From contig NC_014729.1 in assembly GCF_000172995.2 (NCBI RefSeq), positions 660,001-692,000 of the forward strand: a DNA stretch of 32,000 nucleotides. The letters are read 5' to 3'. The position numbers were made by a program, and so were the translations under genes. Origin of the DNA: Halogeometricum borinquense DSM 11551 (GTDB lineage: Archaea > Halobacteriota > Halobacteria > Halobacteriales > Haloferacaceae). The notes under the pieces were generated by a model that saw only the letters and a list, made by a program, of their open reading frames with translations, was not told the DNA's origin and did not search any database. Positions 17,169 through 25,918 of the stretch are shown here, piece by piece; the first letter of the stretch is position 1; every line of letters starts with the position of its first letter.

Positions 17169-17567
17169 TCAGGGGACGGGTCTCACGCGGTCGATGTGTT
17201 CTACGGCTTCGAGGTCGGCCGTCAGCGCGTCCTGATCGACGTTCGCCTCGTAGTAGAACACGAGGTCGAACGTGCCGTTACGGAGAAGTTGCTGGCACTC
17301 CCAGACGAACGCATCGTCGTCGAGAGTGAGACCTTGGAACTGGTTCGACGCGAAGTCGGGCGTGTCGTTTCCGGCGTAGATGTACGTCTCGCCCTTCTCG
17401 GCGTGGTCTGCGATAACCTCGTTTATCTCGACGGTGAGTTCGTGCATCTCCAGATCCTCCTGCCCGGAGAGGTCGGTGTGGATGATCGCGCCCACGAGTT
17501 CGATGTCGCCGGGTTCGAGGAGTGCAAGCGTTCGCTTGTAGAGGTCATCGTCTACGGTCTCGCTCAT
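17169..17567 (-). CDS. acidic cytoplasmic hypothetical protein
   Basis: Composition is typical of haloarchaeal proteins (MSETVDDDLYKRTLALLEPGD...). It is the only sensible frame here, since the opposite-strand ORF 17196..17573 is V/R-rich. Confidence 0.55.
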   Translation of the reverse strand: MSETVDDDLYKRTLALLEPGDIELVGAIIHTDLSGQEDLEMHELTVEINEVIADHAEKGETYIYAGNDTPDFASNQFQGLTLDDDAFVWECQQLLRNGTFDLVFYYEANVDQDALTADLEAVEHIDRVRPVP

Positions 17568-17740
17568 GCGTGAATGGTGAACGACGAAGGATAAACGGAT
17601 GGCGATTCGTCGCTCGGCCGGGCCGGTTGGTGCTGAACCTCCGCGAGAACGTAACTATCGACGGATACAGTCCGACGAACTCGGCTGCGTGGAGTGAGTG
17701 AACAAAAAGAAACATATGTGTCGGCGCGGTTTCCCCTCCA

Positions 17741-18673
17741 ATGAGACAGTGGCTTCGTCGGCAGTTCAACGGCGCATACGAGCGGATGCTCCGCCGTGAA
17801 CTTGGAGGCGGTCCCGCACACGTTGCCATCATTCAGGACGGGAACCGACGATACGCCCGTCGCCGCGGCGATGAGGCTCCGGACGGCCATAAGGAAGGCG
17901 CAAAGACGGCTGAGCAGGTCCTTCACTGGTGCGAGGAGTTCGGTGTCGAGGAACTGACGCTGTACACCTTCTCGACGGAGAACTTCGACCGCCCGCAGGA
18001 GGAACTTGAACCCCTGTTCGACCTCATCGAAGAGAAACTGTACGAGTTCGCAGACGCCGAACGCGTTCACGAAGCCGGCGTCCGTATTTGCACGATTGGT
18101 GAGACCGACCGTCTCCCACCGCGCGTCCGTGAGGCGATAGAATATGCCGAAAGTCGGACACGCGGCTACGACGGGTTCTGCCTCAACATCGCCCTCGCCT
18201 ACGGCGGCCGGGCGGAACTCCTCGGTGCCGTCCGCGACGTGGCCCGCGACGTTACCTCTGGAACGCTCTCGCCCGACGACGTTACCGTCGAAGAAATCGA
18301 CAGCAGACTGTGTCAGCATCCCACCCGCGACGTTGACCTCATCATCCGCACCGGCGGCGCTGAGCGAACCTCGAACTTCCTCCCGTGGCACGCCAACGGC
18401 AACGAGGCGGCCGTCTACTTCTGCGCACCGTACTGGCCGGAGTTCTCGAAAGTGGACTTCCTCCGCGGCCTCCGGACGTACGAGTCACGCGAGAAGTCGT
18501 GGCAGCGCACCCGCACCGAACGCGCCGTCGCACTCGTCCGCTCGGTCGCTGAGACGGAACTGGCCGAGGCGAGGGCCGTCACCGCCCGCCTCCGCGAGAA
18601 ACTACCCTCCGCCGGTGCCGAAGAGGTTGCTGCGGAGTTGGAGCGACAGGGCGACACCGAAGCGGCGGACTGA
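17741..18673 (+). CDS. uppS: cis-prenyltransferase (undecaprenyl/polyprenyl diphosphate synthase family), catalytic-type subunit with charged C-terminal extension
   Basis: Motifs HVAIIQDGNRRYARRRG, YTFSTENFDRP and DLIIRTGGAERTSNFLPW are present. The canonical C-terminal R-x-G (RRFG) is absent: the sequence reads ...LRTYESREKSWQRTR and continues into about 60 aa of A/E/R-rich tail. Confidence 0.88.
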   Translation: MRQWLRRQFNGAYERMLRRELGGGPAHVAIIQDGNRRYARRRGDEAPDGHKEGAKTAEQVLHWCEEFGVEELTLYTFSTENFDRPQEELEPLFDLIEEKLYEFADAERVHEAGVRICTIGETDRLPPRVREAIEYAESRTRGYDGFCLNIALAYGGRAELLGAVRDVARDVTSGTLSPDDVTVEEIDSRLCQHPTRDVDLIIRTGGAERTSNFLPWHANGNEAAVYFCAPYWPEFSKVDFLRGLRTYESREKSWQRTRTERAVALVRSVAETELAEARAVTARLREKLPSAGAEEVAAELERQGDTEAAD

Positions 18674-18741
18674 GCAGTACTAGCTGGTTCTGGAGTCGTG
18701 CTTGATGTACCAGACGTAGGACCGGTAGCTGAGTCGATGTG

Positions 18742-18799
18742 GGGCTATCGACCGAACCGGTGTCGGACACATCCGACGAAATTCGGGCTATCGACCGAA
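18742..18799. repeat. 15-nt perfect direct repeat GGGCTATCGACCGAA (18742-18756 and 18785-18799) flanking a hairpin GTCGGA-CACA-TCCGAC (18762-18777)
   Basis: Read directly from the sequence. The second copy contains the last codons and the stop (..FGR*) of the minus-strand cis-prenyltransferase-like gene. The element lies between convergent genes and may act as a terminator. Confidence 0.75.
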
Positions 18800-19396
18800 T
18801 CGCCGCTGTCGGTTCTGGAAGTCCAACACCGCTCGTAGGTAATCGCGCTTTCTGAAGTCCCGCCAGTTCACGTCGGTAAAGTACAGTTCCGAGTACACCG
18901 ACTGCCAGATCATGAAGTCTGAGAGCCGTTCCGCGCCGGTTTTGATGAGCAAGTCGGGTTCGTCCTGAAAGACCAGTCGTTCCTCGACGTGTTCTGCCCC
19001 GATGTCCTCCGGCGAAAGGTCGCCCGCGTCCACGTCTTCTGCGATATCGCGGACCACGTCGGCGAACTCGCGTTTGCCGCCGAGTCCGATGCTCACCTGC
19101 ACCGGTTCGTCGGCGCGTTCTCTGTCACCCGGTCCGCGGACGGCCATCGAGCGCGGCGATTCGATGTCGCGGAGTTCGCGTTCCAGCGTCGGAACGACGG
19201 CTTCGTCGAGTACGCTCACCGAGACAGTGACGCGTTCGGCACCGAACTCGAACGCCCAGCGGAGGAACCGTTCGAGTGTCTCGTAGGCTCCCTGTTCGAG
19301 GAGGTCACGTTCGGTAATCACAACCGCAACGTGCGAGGGGGAGTCGGCGTCGTGCAGTCGATGTCGAAGTGCGAGGTAACCGTCGTACAGTCCCAC
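18788..19396 (-). CDS. cis-prenyltransferase-family protein lacking the N-terminal catalytic motif but retaining the C-terminal RXG motif (NgBR/Nus1-like accessory subunit candidate)
   Basis: HVAVVITERDLLEQG replaces the H-x-x-I-I-x-DGNRR motif. The C-terminal half is conserved (DLLIKTGAERLSDFMIWQSVYSELYF...W) and the protein ends exactly in ...FQNRQRRFGR. Confidence 0.8.
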   Translation of the reverse strand: MGLYDGYLALRHRLHDADSPSHVAVVITERDLLEQGAYETLERFLRWAFEFGAERVTVSVSVLDEAVVPTLERELRDIESPRSMAVRGPGDRERADEPVQVSIGLGGKREFADVVRDIAEDVDAGDLSPEDIGAEHVEERLVFQDEPDLLIKTGAERLSDFMIWQSVYSELYFTDVNWRDFRKRDYLRAVLDFQNRQRRFGR

Positions 19397-19472
19397 GCTT
19401 CTCGGTGCGTCCTCCCACCGCTAAACGTCTCCGATTCGGGTTGTCGCGGTCCAACAAAGTCGTACAAACGCG

Positions 19473-20828
19473 ATGACCCATGTCGGGAGGGTTAAGTGCG
19501 AGTCTGCGATACCCGACTGTGTGCAATCGACGCTCCGGCGGGCGGGCGGATTCGCCGTCGTTGGGACGCTAGCACTCGCTGCGCCGGTACTGAAGGCGGC
19601 GACGTTCGCCCCGTTCGTCGCCATTGCTCTCCTCGCAGCGTTCGTCGTCACCGACGGGCCGCTCTTCGAGGTGTTTGCCCGCCCCGGCGACCACCAAGAC
19701 GGCCGACTGAATGGTCTTGCTGGCTTCGCACTCGCCGCCGCAGGACTCGCTATTCTGGTTGTGGCGGTTGATATGCCCGTCTCACTGTTCGTCGCTGCCG
19801 TGCTTGTCCTCTCGTACGGGAATCTCGGGAAGCAATGCGTCGCCGCCGTTTCCGACGACCCGTTCTTGGGGACGTCCGGATTCGTCGTCGGCGGATTCCT
19901 CGGTGGGGTACTCGGGCAGGTCGGGGTCGCTACCGCGACAACGCTCCCGACAGCGTACCCACTGTTCGTCTTCCTCGCATCCGCCGGCGCAATCGTCGCC
20001 GCGCTCTTCCGCGAGATGCTCTTCGAGCGTGACGACCCGCTGGTGATGCTCTCGACCGGTCTCCTACTTTGGTCGTTCGACGCACTGTCGGGAGCCATCG
20101 GGACCGTCGAGATCGCCGCCGCACTCGCGCTTACCGTCGCATTCGGACTCGTCTCGTACGTACTCAAAGCGGCGTCTGTTTCGGGGATGTTGTCGGGCGT
20201 ACTCCTCAGCCTCCTCGTTACCGTCTTCGGCGGATTCGGCTGGTTCGCCGTGCTGATGTCGTTTTTCGCCATCGGCGCACTCTCGACGAAGTTCAGGTAC
20301 GACGAGAAGCTAGACCGCGGTGTTGCGGAGGATAACGACGGCGCACGTGGGACTCGCAACGTCTTCGGTAATGCCGCCGTCGCCCTCGCTTCAGTCATCG
20401 GATTCGCAGCCAGCGCGCACACAGCCGTCGATGGAATGCTCTTTCAGTACGCCTTCGCGGGTTCGATGGCGGCCGCGTTGAGTGACACGCTCTCTTCGGA
20501 AATCGGGGGGCTGTACGACAACCCGCGTCTCATCACGACGCTCGAACGGGTTGACCCCGGCACCGACGGCGGCGTGACCTGGCAAGGCGAGTTAGCGGGC
20601 CTCGTCGGTTCCGCCATCGTCGCCGCCATCGCTGCGTTCCTCCTCTCCGGCGTAACAGGTCTCCTCGGCGGTGCTGTAGTCCTCCTCGGCGGACTCGCGG
20701 GCATGACGGTCGATAGTTTCCTCGGTGCGACTGTCGAGGGAGCACGGATCGGCAATGAGGCGGTCAACTTCTCTGCGACGCTCGTTGGTGCCGCCATCAG
20801 TACGGGTGCGGCGTTCGTTCTCTTCTGA
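19473..20828 (+). CDS. polytopic membrane protein with C-terminal DUF92 (TMEM19/VTE6-like) domain and an additional N-terminal region of about 200 aa with multiple TM segments
   Basis: The C-terminal half (...FFAIGALSTKFRYDEKLDRGVAEDNDGARGTRNVFGNA...SDTLSSEIGGLY...GTDGGVTWQGELAGLVGS) matches my recollection of DUF92. The exact start is uncertain. The minus-strand ORF 19421..20422 is a shadow. Confidence 0.7.
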   Translation: MTHVGRVKCESAIPDCVQSTLRRAGGFAVVGTLALAAPVLKAATFAPFVAIALLAAFVVTDGPLFEVFARPGDHQDGRLNGLAGFALAAAGLAILVVAVDMPVSLFVAAVLVLSYGNLGKQCVAAVSDDPFLGTSGFVVGGFLGGVLGQVGVATATTLPTAYPLFVFLASAGAIVAALFREMLFERDDPLVMLSTGLLLWSFDALSGAIGTVEIAAALALTVAFGLVSYVLKAASVSGMLSGVLLSLLVTVFGGFGWFAVLMSFFAIGALSTKFRYDEKLDRGVAEDNDGARGTRNVFGNAAVALASVIGFAASAHTAVDGMLFQYAFAGSMAAALSDTLSSEIGGLYDNPRLITTLERVDPGTDGGVTWQGELAGLVGSAIVAAIAAFLLSGVTGLLGGAVVLLGGLAGMTVDSFLGATVEGARIGNEAVNFSATLVGAAISTGAAFVLF

Positions 20829-21244
20829 TGTCGGTTCGCCGCGCCCGTCCCGGCGAGTACGAGACACTTTCACGCCTCCAGTCGTTCCTCGCCGAGCCAG
20901 CACCCGACCTTCTGGCGGCGGCGGACGTGGTCGGCACTGTTTTCGTTTCGACGGCCCACCGGAATCGTCCTGTGGGGTATCTTCTCGCTGTCGCATCCGA
21001 TGACGGCTGTCACGTGGCTGAACTCGTCGTTCATCCCGAGTACCGACGCACGGGTCGCGCGCGAGACTTACTCGAAGCACTGTTCGACGAACGTCCTGCG
21101 GAGTCGGCGGTGACAGTGACCGTCGCCGCCGGAAACGACGCGGCGCGGTCGCTGTACGAGTCGGTGGGATTCGAGGAATCTGACTGCCGGCCGGGCTACT
21201 TCGATAACGACGACGCAGTCGTGTACCGTCGGACTGTCGAGTGA
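20828..21244 (+). CDS. GNAT-family N-acetyltransferase (RimI-like size)
   Basis: The acetyl-CoA motif ELVVHPEYRRTGRARDLL is followed by ...NDAARSLYESVGFEE. The ATG overlaps the upstream TGA by 1 nt (TGATG). Confidence 0.8.
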   Translation: MSVRRARPGEYETLSRLQSFLAEPAPDLLAAADVVGTVFVSTAHRNRPVGYLLAVASDDGCHVAELVVHPEYRRTGRARDLLEALFDERPAESAVTVTVAAGNDAARSLYESVGFEESDCRPGYFDNDDAVVYRRTVE

Positions 21245-21299
21245 GATCCCGGATGCGAGAAATCGTCGCGTGAGTGCCACGAGACTGTCGAACACATGC

Positions 21300-22976
21300 T
21301 TACTCGCCGATTTCGAGCAGTTGGTCCGCAGTGAGAACTCGGACGCTCACCGGCTTCTTGACGAAGTCGCCGGTCTCGGCGGCGACAGCGTGTTCAACGC
21401 CGCGCTGTGCCGACACGTCAGCGAGACGTTGGTCGAACGTCCCATCGAGAACGACGGTGTGGGGTGGTGTCTCCGCGTCGCGGATTGCGTCGAACGACTC
21501 CGTGGCGTCCCGTTCTTCGACCGTCACGAAGTCGTCGTTCAGAAACCGAACGCTTCCGGTGTCGCCGCGGATGACCTCTCGAACGTGTTCACGAAGTGAC
21601 TGCGGCATCCGTTCGTCGGCGTCCGCGTCCGATTCCGTCTCAGCGCTCCCGACTGCGGCCGCGTCAGCTTCGGTTCCAGAACCGGGTTCACTCCGGGTCT
21701 CGCTCTCAGTCTTCGCGTCGGTTTCGGTCGGTGCTTCATCGGTGTCTTGCGTATCCGAATCGACGGAATCGTCGGTTTCAACCGCCTCGCTGACTGTCCT
21801 CGCCACGCCGTTCGAACCGCTCGATGCGTCGCTGCTCACTTCGGCATCAGTGTTGGTTTCGAGTGCGGTGTCGGCATCGGATTCGTGTTCGCCCTCGACG
21901 CTGGCGTCGGTCTTTTGCATACCTCCCGCTGTCCGTTCACTGGGGAGTACGTCTGTCGGCCGTTCCGCCGATGCGTCCGTCGTCTCCACCGGAAGGTCCT
22001 CGTCAAGCCGTTTGACGGTGACGCTCGCGTTAGGGTCAAGATACCGCTCGTCTGTCCTCGTCTCGGAGGATGGAGTCGCCGACTCAGTCGTCGGCGACCC
22101 CTGAGGAGGGTCCGATGACTCACCGTCAGTGTCCGAACGTTCGTCGGTCGCCGCCTCACGGACACTGCCCTCCGCCGGGAGCATCTCCAGTGCGACTTTG
22201 CTCCGCAGGGCGGACATGACCTCGTGGCGTTGGAGGTCCTCGACGGACTGGCCGTCGGGGGCGAACGCCACGTAGTCTACGTCACCGACCTGAACGAGTT
22301 CACGCAGGATGAGTTCGCCGCCGCGGTCGCCGTCTAAGAACGCCGTAACCGTGCGGTCCTGTGTTAATCGGGCGACTGCGTCGGGGATGTTCGTCCCCTC
22401 GACCGCGATGGCGTTTTTGACGCCGTAGCGGAGGAGCGTCAAGACATCGGCCCGTCCTTCGACGACGATGATGGCGTCCGAGTCGAGGACGCGCGGTCCT
22501 GCGGGAAGTCCCTCGTACTCGGAGATATCTTCGACGCGGACGCTCTCTTTGACCTCTTCGAGAATCTCCGAGGAGGTCATGATGCTGTCGTCGAACGAGG
22601 TAGAGAGCAGTTCCTTGGCTCTATCGACGACTTCGCGGCGTTTGGCTTCGCGCACGTCCTCGATATCGGTGACGCGAACGTCCGACTGACACGGACCGAC
22701 GCGAGTAATCGTTTCCAGCGATGCGGCAAGGATCGCTGTTTTCACCTTGTCGAGACTGCTGGCGATGGTGACGTTACCGAACGACTGGCCGTTTTCGCTT
22801 TCGATCTGTACGTCGATGCGACCGACTTTCGACGATTGTTGGAGGTCCCTGAGGTCCAAATCGTCGCCGAGCAGCCCTTCTGTCTGCCCGAAAATGGCGC
22901 CGACGACATCGGAACGTTCGACGACGCCGTCCGCAGTGATCGCGGCGTGAATGAGATATTTTGCTGTATCGTCCAT
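21300..22976 (-). CDS. dnaG: archaeal DnaG (TOPRIM) primase/exosome-associated protein with a long acidic low-complexity insert
   Basis: The N-terminus is YLIHAAITADGVVERSDVVGAIFGQTEGLLG. The TOPRIM motifs are IIVVEGRADVLTL and FLDGDRGGELI. Residues about 270-457 are T/S/D/E-rich low complexity, followed by a conserved-looking C-terminal domain. Confidence 0.9.
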   Translation of the reverse strand: MDDTAKYLIHAAITADGVVERSDVVGAIFGQTEGLLGDDLDLRDLQQSSKVGRIDVQIESENGQSFGNVTIASSLDKVKTAILAASLETITRVGPCQSDVRVTDIEDVREAKRREVVDRAKELLSTSFDDSIMTSSEILEEVKESVRVEDISEYEGLPAGPRVLDSDAIIVVEGRADVLTLLRYGVKNAIAVEGTNIPDAVARLTQDRTVTAFLDGDRGGELILRELVQVGDVDYVAFAPDGQSVEDLQRHEVMSALRSKVALEMLPAEGSVREAATDERSDTDGESSDPPQGSPTTESATPSSETRTDERYLDPNASVTVKRLDEDLPVETTDASAERPTDVLPSERTAGGMQKTDASVEGEHESDADTALETNTDAEVSSDASSGSNGVARTVSEAVETDDSVDSDTQDTDEAPTETDAKTESETRSEPGSGTEADAAAVGSAETESDADADERMPQSLREHVREVIRGDTGSVRFLNDDFVTVEERDATESFDAIRDAETPPHTVVLDGTFDQRLADVSAQRGVEHAVAAETGDFVKKPVSVRVLTADQLLEIGE

Positions 22977-23211
22977 GATGAAGCACCCCTACAGGGTGAT
23001 GAGATGATGTTGGTGATGATGTCACGAGCGGATCTGTGACGGCCTTATATAAGGGTCGCTAACGGCAAATAACTATCGTACTCACAACTGATTTCGACGT
23101 TCGTCGTCGTTTCGGCCACAAGTTCTTTCCCGTGCGTCCTCGCCGTCGCTGCCGTCGAACGGCCTCGTGAGGTGCGCAAAATCATACTGTGTATTCACCT
23201 CAAAAGCCACT

Positions 23212-23234
23212 TCTGAAGAAAATATTTCTTCAGA
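23212..23234. promoter_or_regulatory. perfect 10-bp-arm inverted repeat TCTGAAGAAA-ATA-TTTCTTCAGA in the AT-rich dnaG / symporter-operon divergent intergenic region; candidate operator
   Basis: Base pairing was verified by eye: 10 of 10 arm positions pair, with a 3-nt spacer. It lies about 60 nt upstream of the DUF3311 ATG (23294). Confidence 0.5.
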
Positions 23235-23293
23235 TTGCAGGATCGAATCATAAACAACAATACTTACTAATTTCGAGAGGCAATCAACGACAG

Positions 23294-23515
23294 ATGACAC
23301 GACCGAGGACGGATTATGTATGGGTCGGTGTGTTCGCCGTCTTGGTGACGTTTGCAATCCCGTGGTTTCTGTGGCGGGATGCGGCCACATGGGCGGGACT
23401 GCCAGTCTGGCTGTGGTGGCACATTGGGTGGATGGTACTCGCGTCGGGGGCGTTTTACCTGTTCACGCTGGGTGCGTGGGACCGCGGTATGAACGTCGAA
23501 CCGGAGGAGATGTAA
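23294..23515 (+). CDS. small 2-TM membrane protein, DUF3311-like partner of a sodium:solute symporter
   Basis: The product MTRPRTDYVWVGVFAVLVTFAIPWFLWRD...LPVWLWWHIGWMVLASGAFYLF has two W-rich TM helices. It ends 3 nt before the symporter gene. I chose the ATG at 23294 inside ORF 23189..23515. Confidence 0.65.
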   Translation: MTRPRTDYVWVGVFAVLVTFAIPWFLWRDAATWAGLPVWLWWHIGWMVLASGAFYLFTLGAWDRGMNVEPEEM

Positions 23516-23518
23516 CCG

Positions 23519-25021
23519 ATGGCTGAATCCGACCTGCTCGTCCAGATGGGCGTCGTCGGCGTCTATCTCGTTGTCTCGCTTCTCGTCGGCTTCGTCGCGT
23601 ACCGCCTGACGAGTCGGGACGCAGAGGACTACTACCTCGCCAGTCGGTCGTTGGGAACCGTCGTCCTCCTGTTCACAACGTTTGCAACGCTCCTTTCGGC
23701 GTTTACATTCTTCGGCGGTCCCAACCTCGCCTACGGTGCCGGGCCCGAATGGATTCTCGTAATGGGGTTGATGGACGGCGTTCTGTTCGCGGTTCTCTGG
23801 TACGCTGTCGGCTATCGGCAGTGGCTCATCGGTCAGAACCGGGGCTACGTCACTCTGGGAGAGATGCTCGGCGACCGCTTCGGTTCGAGAGCGCTTCGCG
23901 CCATGGTTGCCACTATCAGTCTCTTCTGGCTGTTTCCCTACGTGATGCTCCAGCAGATGGGTGCTGGCGAGGCTATCGTCGGCCTGACGGGTGGGACCGT
24001 TCCCTACTGGGCTGGTGCCGCACTCATCACGGTGTTCATGATTCTCTACGTCGTCCTCGCTGGTCTTCGCGGCGTCGCGTGGACCGACACGATACAGGGA
24101 CTGTTCATGCTCTCTATCGTCTGGGTGGCCGTCGCGTGGGTCGTTAGCTCCGCGGGCGGCCTCTCCGCCATCTCTGCGTCGATGGCCGAGACGAAACCGG
24201 AGTTTCTCGCACTCGGCGGCGGTCTCTACTCGCCCGAATGGATGATTTCGACGGCCGTCACCATCGCCTTCGGCGTCATCATGTTCCCGCAGATAAACCA
24301 GCGCTTCTTCATGGCGAAGGACGACCGAGTGCTGAAGCGGTCGTTCGCGCTCTGGCCGATTCTCGTGCTCCTGCTTTTCGTCCCCGCCTTCCTCCTCGGG
24401 TCGTGGGCCGCTGGCTTGGGCGTGCAAGTCCCCGAAGGATCCAACGTGATCCCCGCACTCCTGAACGAGTACACGCCGGTCTGGTTCGCCGCGCTCGTTG
24501 TCGCGGGCGCGATGGCGGCGATGATGTCCTCCTCGGACTCGATGCTCCTCTCGGGGTCGTCGTATCTCACGCGTGATCTCTACCGACCGTTCGTGAATCC
24601 GACCGCCTCGGACGAACGGGAAGGGTGGATCGCTCGTATCGGCGTCGCCGTGTTCGCCACGCTGTCGTTCGTCGCCAGCCTGTTCCAACCGGGGACGCTC
24701 ATCAACGTGGGCGACACCGCGTTCGGCGGATTCGCACAGATGGCGCTCCCGGTGATGGTCGCACTCTACTGGCCGAAGACGACCAAACTGGGGATGCTCG
24801 CGGGTATCGGCGGCGGGCAGGTGTTCTACATCCTGCACGTGTTCCTCCCCGAACTGACGGTCAGCGGGACAACGCTGTTCGGTGGGACATATTTCGGATG
24901 GGACTTCGCACTGTGGGGAATGCTCCTCTCGTTCGGTCTCACTGTCGGCGTCTCGTATCTGACTCCCGCGGCCGCGGACGAAGACGCCGGGACGTTCGCC
25001 GTCGGCAGTCGCGCCGACTGA
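23519..25021 (+). CDS. sodium:solute symporter (SSS) family transporter
   Basis: The 500-aa product has about 13 predicted hydrophobic helices and SSS-like segments (FFGGPNLAYGAG, LAGLRGVAWTDTIQG, MAAMMSSSDS). Substrate is unknown. Confidence 0.85.
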   Translation: MAESDLLVQMGVVGVYLVVSLLVGFVAYRLTSRDAEDYYLASRSLGTVVLLFTTFATLLSAFTFFGGPNLAYGAGPEWILVMGLMDGVLFAVLWYAVGYRQWLIGQNRGYVTLGEMLGDRFGSRALRAMVATISLFWLFPYVMLQQMGAGEAIVGLTGGTVPYWAGAALITVFMILYVVLAGLRGVAWTDTIQGLFMLSIVWVAVAWVVSSAGGLSAISASMAETKPEFLALGGGLYSPEWMISTAVTIAFGVIMFPQINQRFFMAKDDRVLKRSFALWPILVLLLFVPAFLLGSWAAGLGVQVPEGSNVIPALLNEYTPVWFAALVVAGAMAAMMSSSDSMLLSGSSYLTRDLYRPFVNPTASDEREGWIARIGVAVFATLSFVASLFQPGTLINVGDTAFGGFAQMALPVMVALYWPKTTKLGMLAGIGGGQVFYILHVFLPELTVSGTTLFGGTYFGWDFALWGMLLSFGLTVGVSYLTPAAADEDAGTFAVGSRAD

Positions 25022-25099
25022 ATCGCTCTCCGTCGCCATACTCTCGACCGTTTCTCGAACATCCGAAGCGCTCATACCCGCACAGCCGAAGGTGCGAGT

Positions 25100-25918
25100 A
25101 TGAACGAACCGGGCGTGCAGTCACTCGTCGATCAGGAGACGATGGCCGCTCGCGTTGAGGCAGGTGAGATGCCGGATTGGGCTGTTCGGCACTTCGAGAC
25201 CTTTACAGATGCACTTCTCGGGGAGCGAAACGGAACACCGTTCCCCTGTTTCTTCGGCGCACAGTCCGTCCGCGACGGCGAACCCGTCTACACTGCCGTT
25301 CCGTCGATGACGGACAAAGACGCACTTCTCGACTTCCGCGACGCGCTCTTGGAATATCTGGACGTGTACCGTGACTTACCGGGGAGAACGTCGTTCGTGA
25401 CGTTCTTCAAGCCGCCCGAACGGGAGTTCTCGGAGGGTGACTATCACGAGATTCTGTGGCACCTCTTGCAGTTCCTCCACGTTCACGACCCGGAACCGTG
25501 GCCCGAGGATATCCCGACCGATCCTGACGACCCCCACTGGGAGTTCTGTTTCGGCGGCGAACCCATGTTTCCGACGTGTCGCGCGCCGTTCTACGACGAA
25601 CGCAAGAGTCGATACTGCCCCGTCGGCCTCGAAATCACGTTCCAACCGCGCACGCTGTTCGACGGCATCACCCACGACACCGAGGCGGGACAGAAGGCCC
25701 GCGAAACTATCCAGTCGCGGATGGAGGAGTACGACGGTGTCTGTCCGCACGCCGACTTGGGTGACTGGGGCGTCGAATCCGACCGCGAGTGGCCGCAGTA
25801 TCTCTTCCGTGAGGACCCCGACGATTCGCCGGACGAATGTCCGATAGTCATCACCCGAGAACACCCGAAGGCCGCATCGCAACGAACCGAACGCACTCCC
25901 AAGGCCGCCGATGACTGA
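25100..25918 (+). CDS. YqcI/YcgG family protein
   Basis: Characteristic blocks are present: [49 protein letters not shown] and ITFQPR. Confidence 0.75.
   Translation: MNEPGVQSLVDQETMAARVEAGEMPDWAVRHFETFTDALLGERNGTPFPCFFGAQSVRDGEPVYTAVPSMTDKDALLDFRDALLEYLDVYRDLPGRTSFVTFFKPPEREFSEGDYHEILWHLLQFLHVHDPEPWPEDIPTDPDDPHWEFCFGGEPMFPTCRAPFYDERKSRYCPVGLEITFQPRTLFDGITHDTEAGQKARETIQSRMEEYDGVCPHADLGDWGVESDREWPQYLFREDPDDSPDECPIVITREHPKAASQRTERTPKAADD

Noticed and set aside
15955-18391. Plus ORF 15955..16776 and minus ORF 17564..18391
   Set aside because: They are antisense to the ahbAB and uppS genes respectively. No motifs are present, and composition is the V/R/F-rich type typical of reversed codons.
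19421-20422. 333-aa minus-strand ORF
   Set aside because: It is antisense to the DUF92 membrane-protein gene. Its composition is S/T/A/P-rich low complexity with no motifs.
23082-23390. 102-aa minus-strand ORF in the dnaG/symporter intergenic region
   Set aside because: It spans the AT-rich promoter region and overlaps the DUF3311 gene start on the other strand. No motif is present and codon usage is atypical.
23267-25075. 602-aa minus-strand ORF, the longest ORF in the window
   Set aside because: It is exactly antisense to the symporter and DUF3311 genes. The product is R/E/H/D/P/G-rich with no recognisable domain. The plus frame encodes a canonical multi-TM SSS transporter. This is a typical high-GC shadow ORF.
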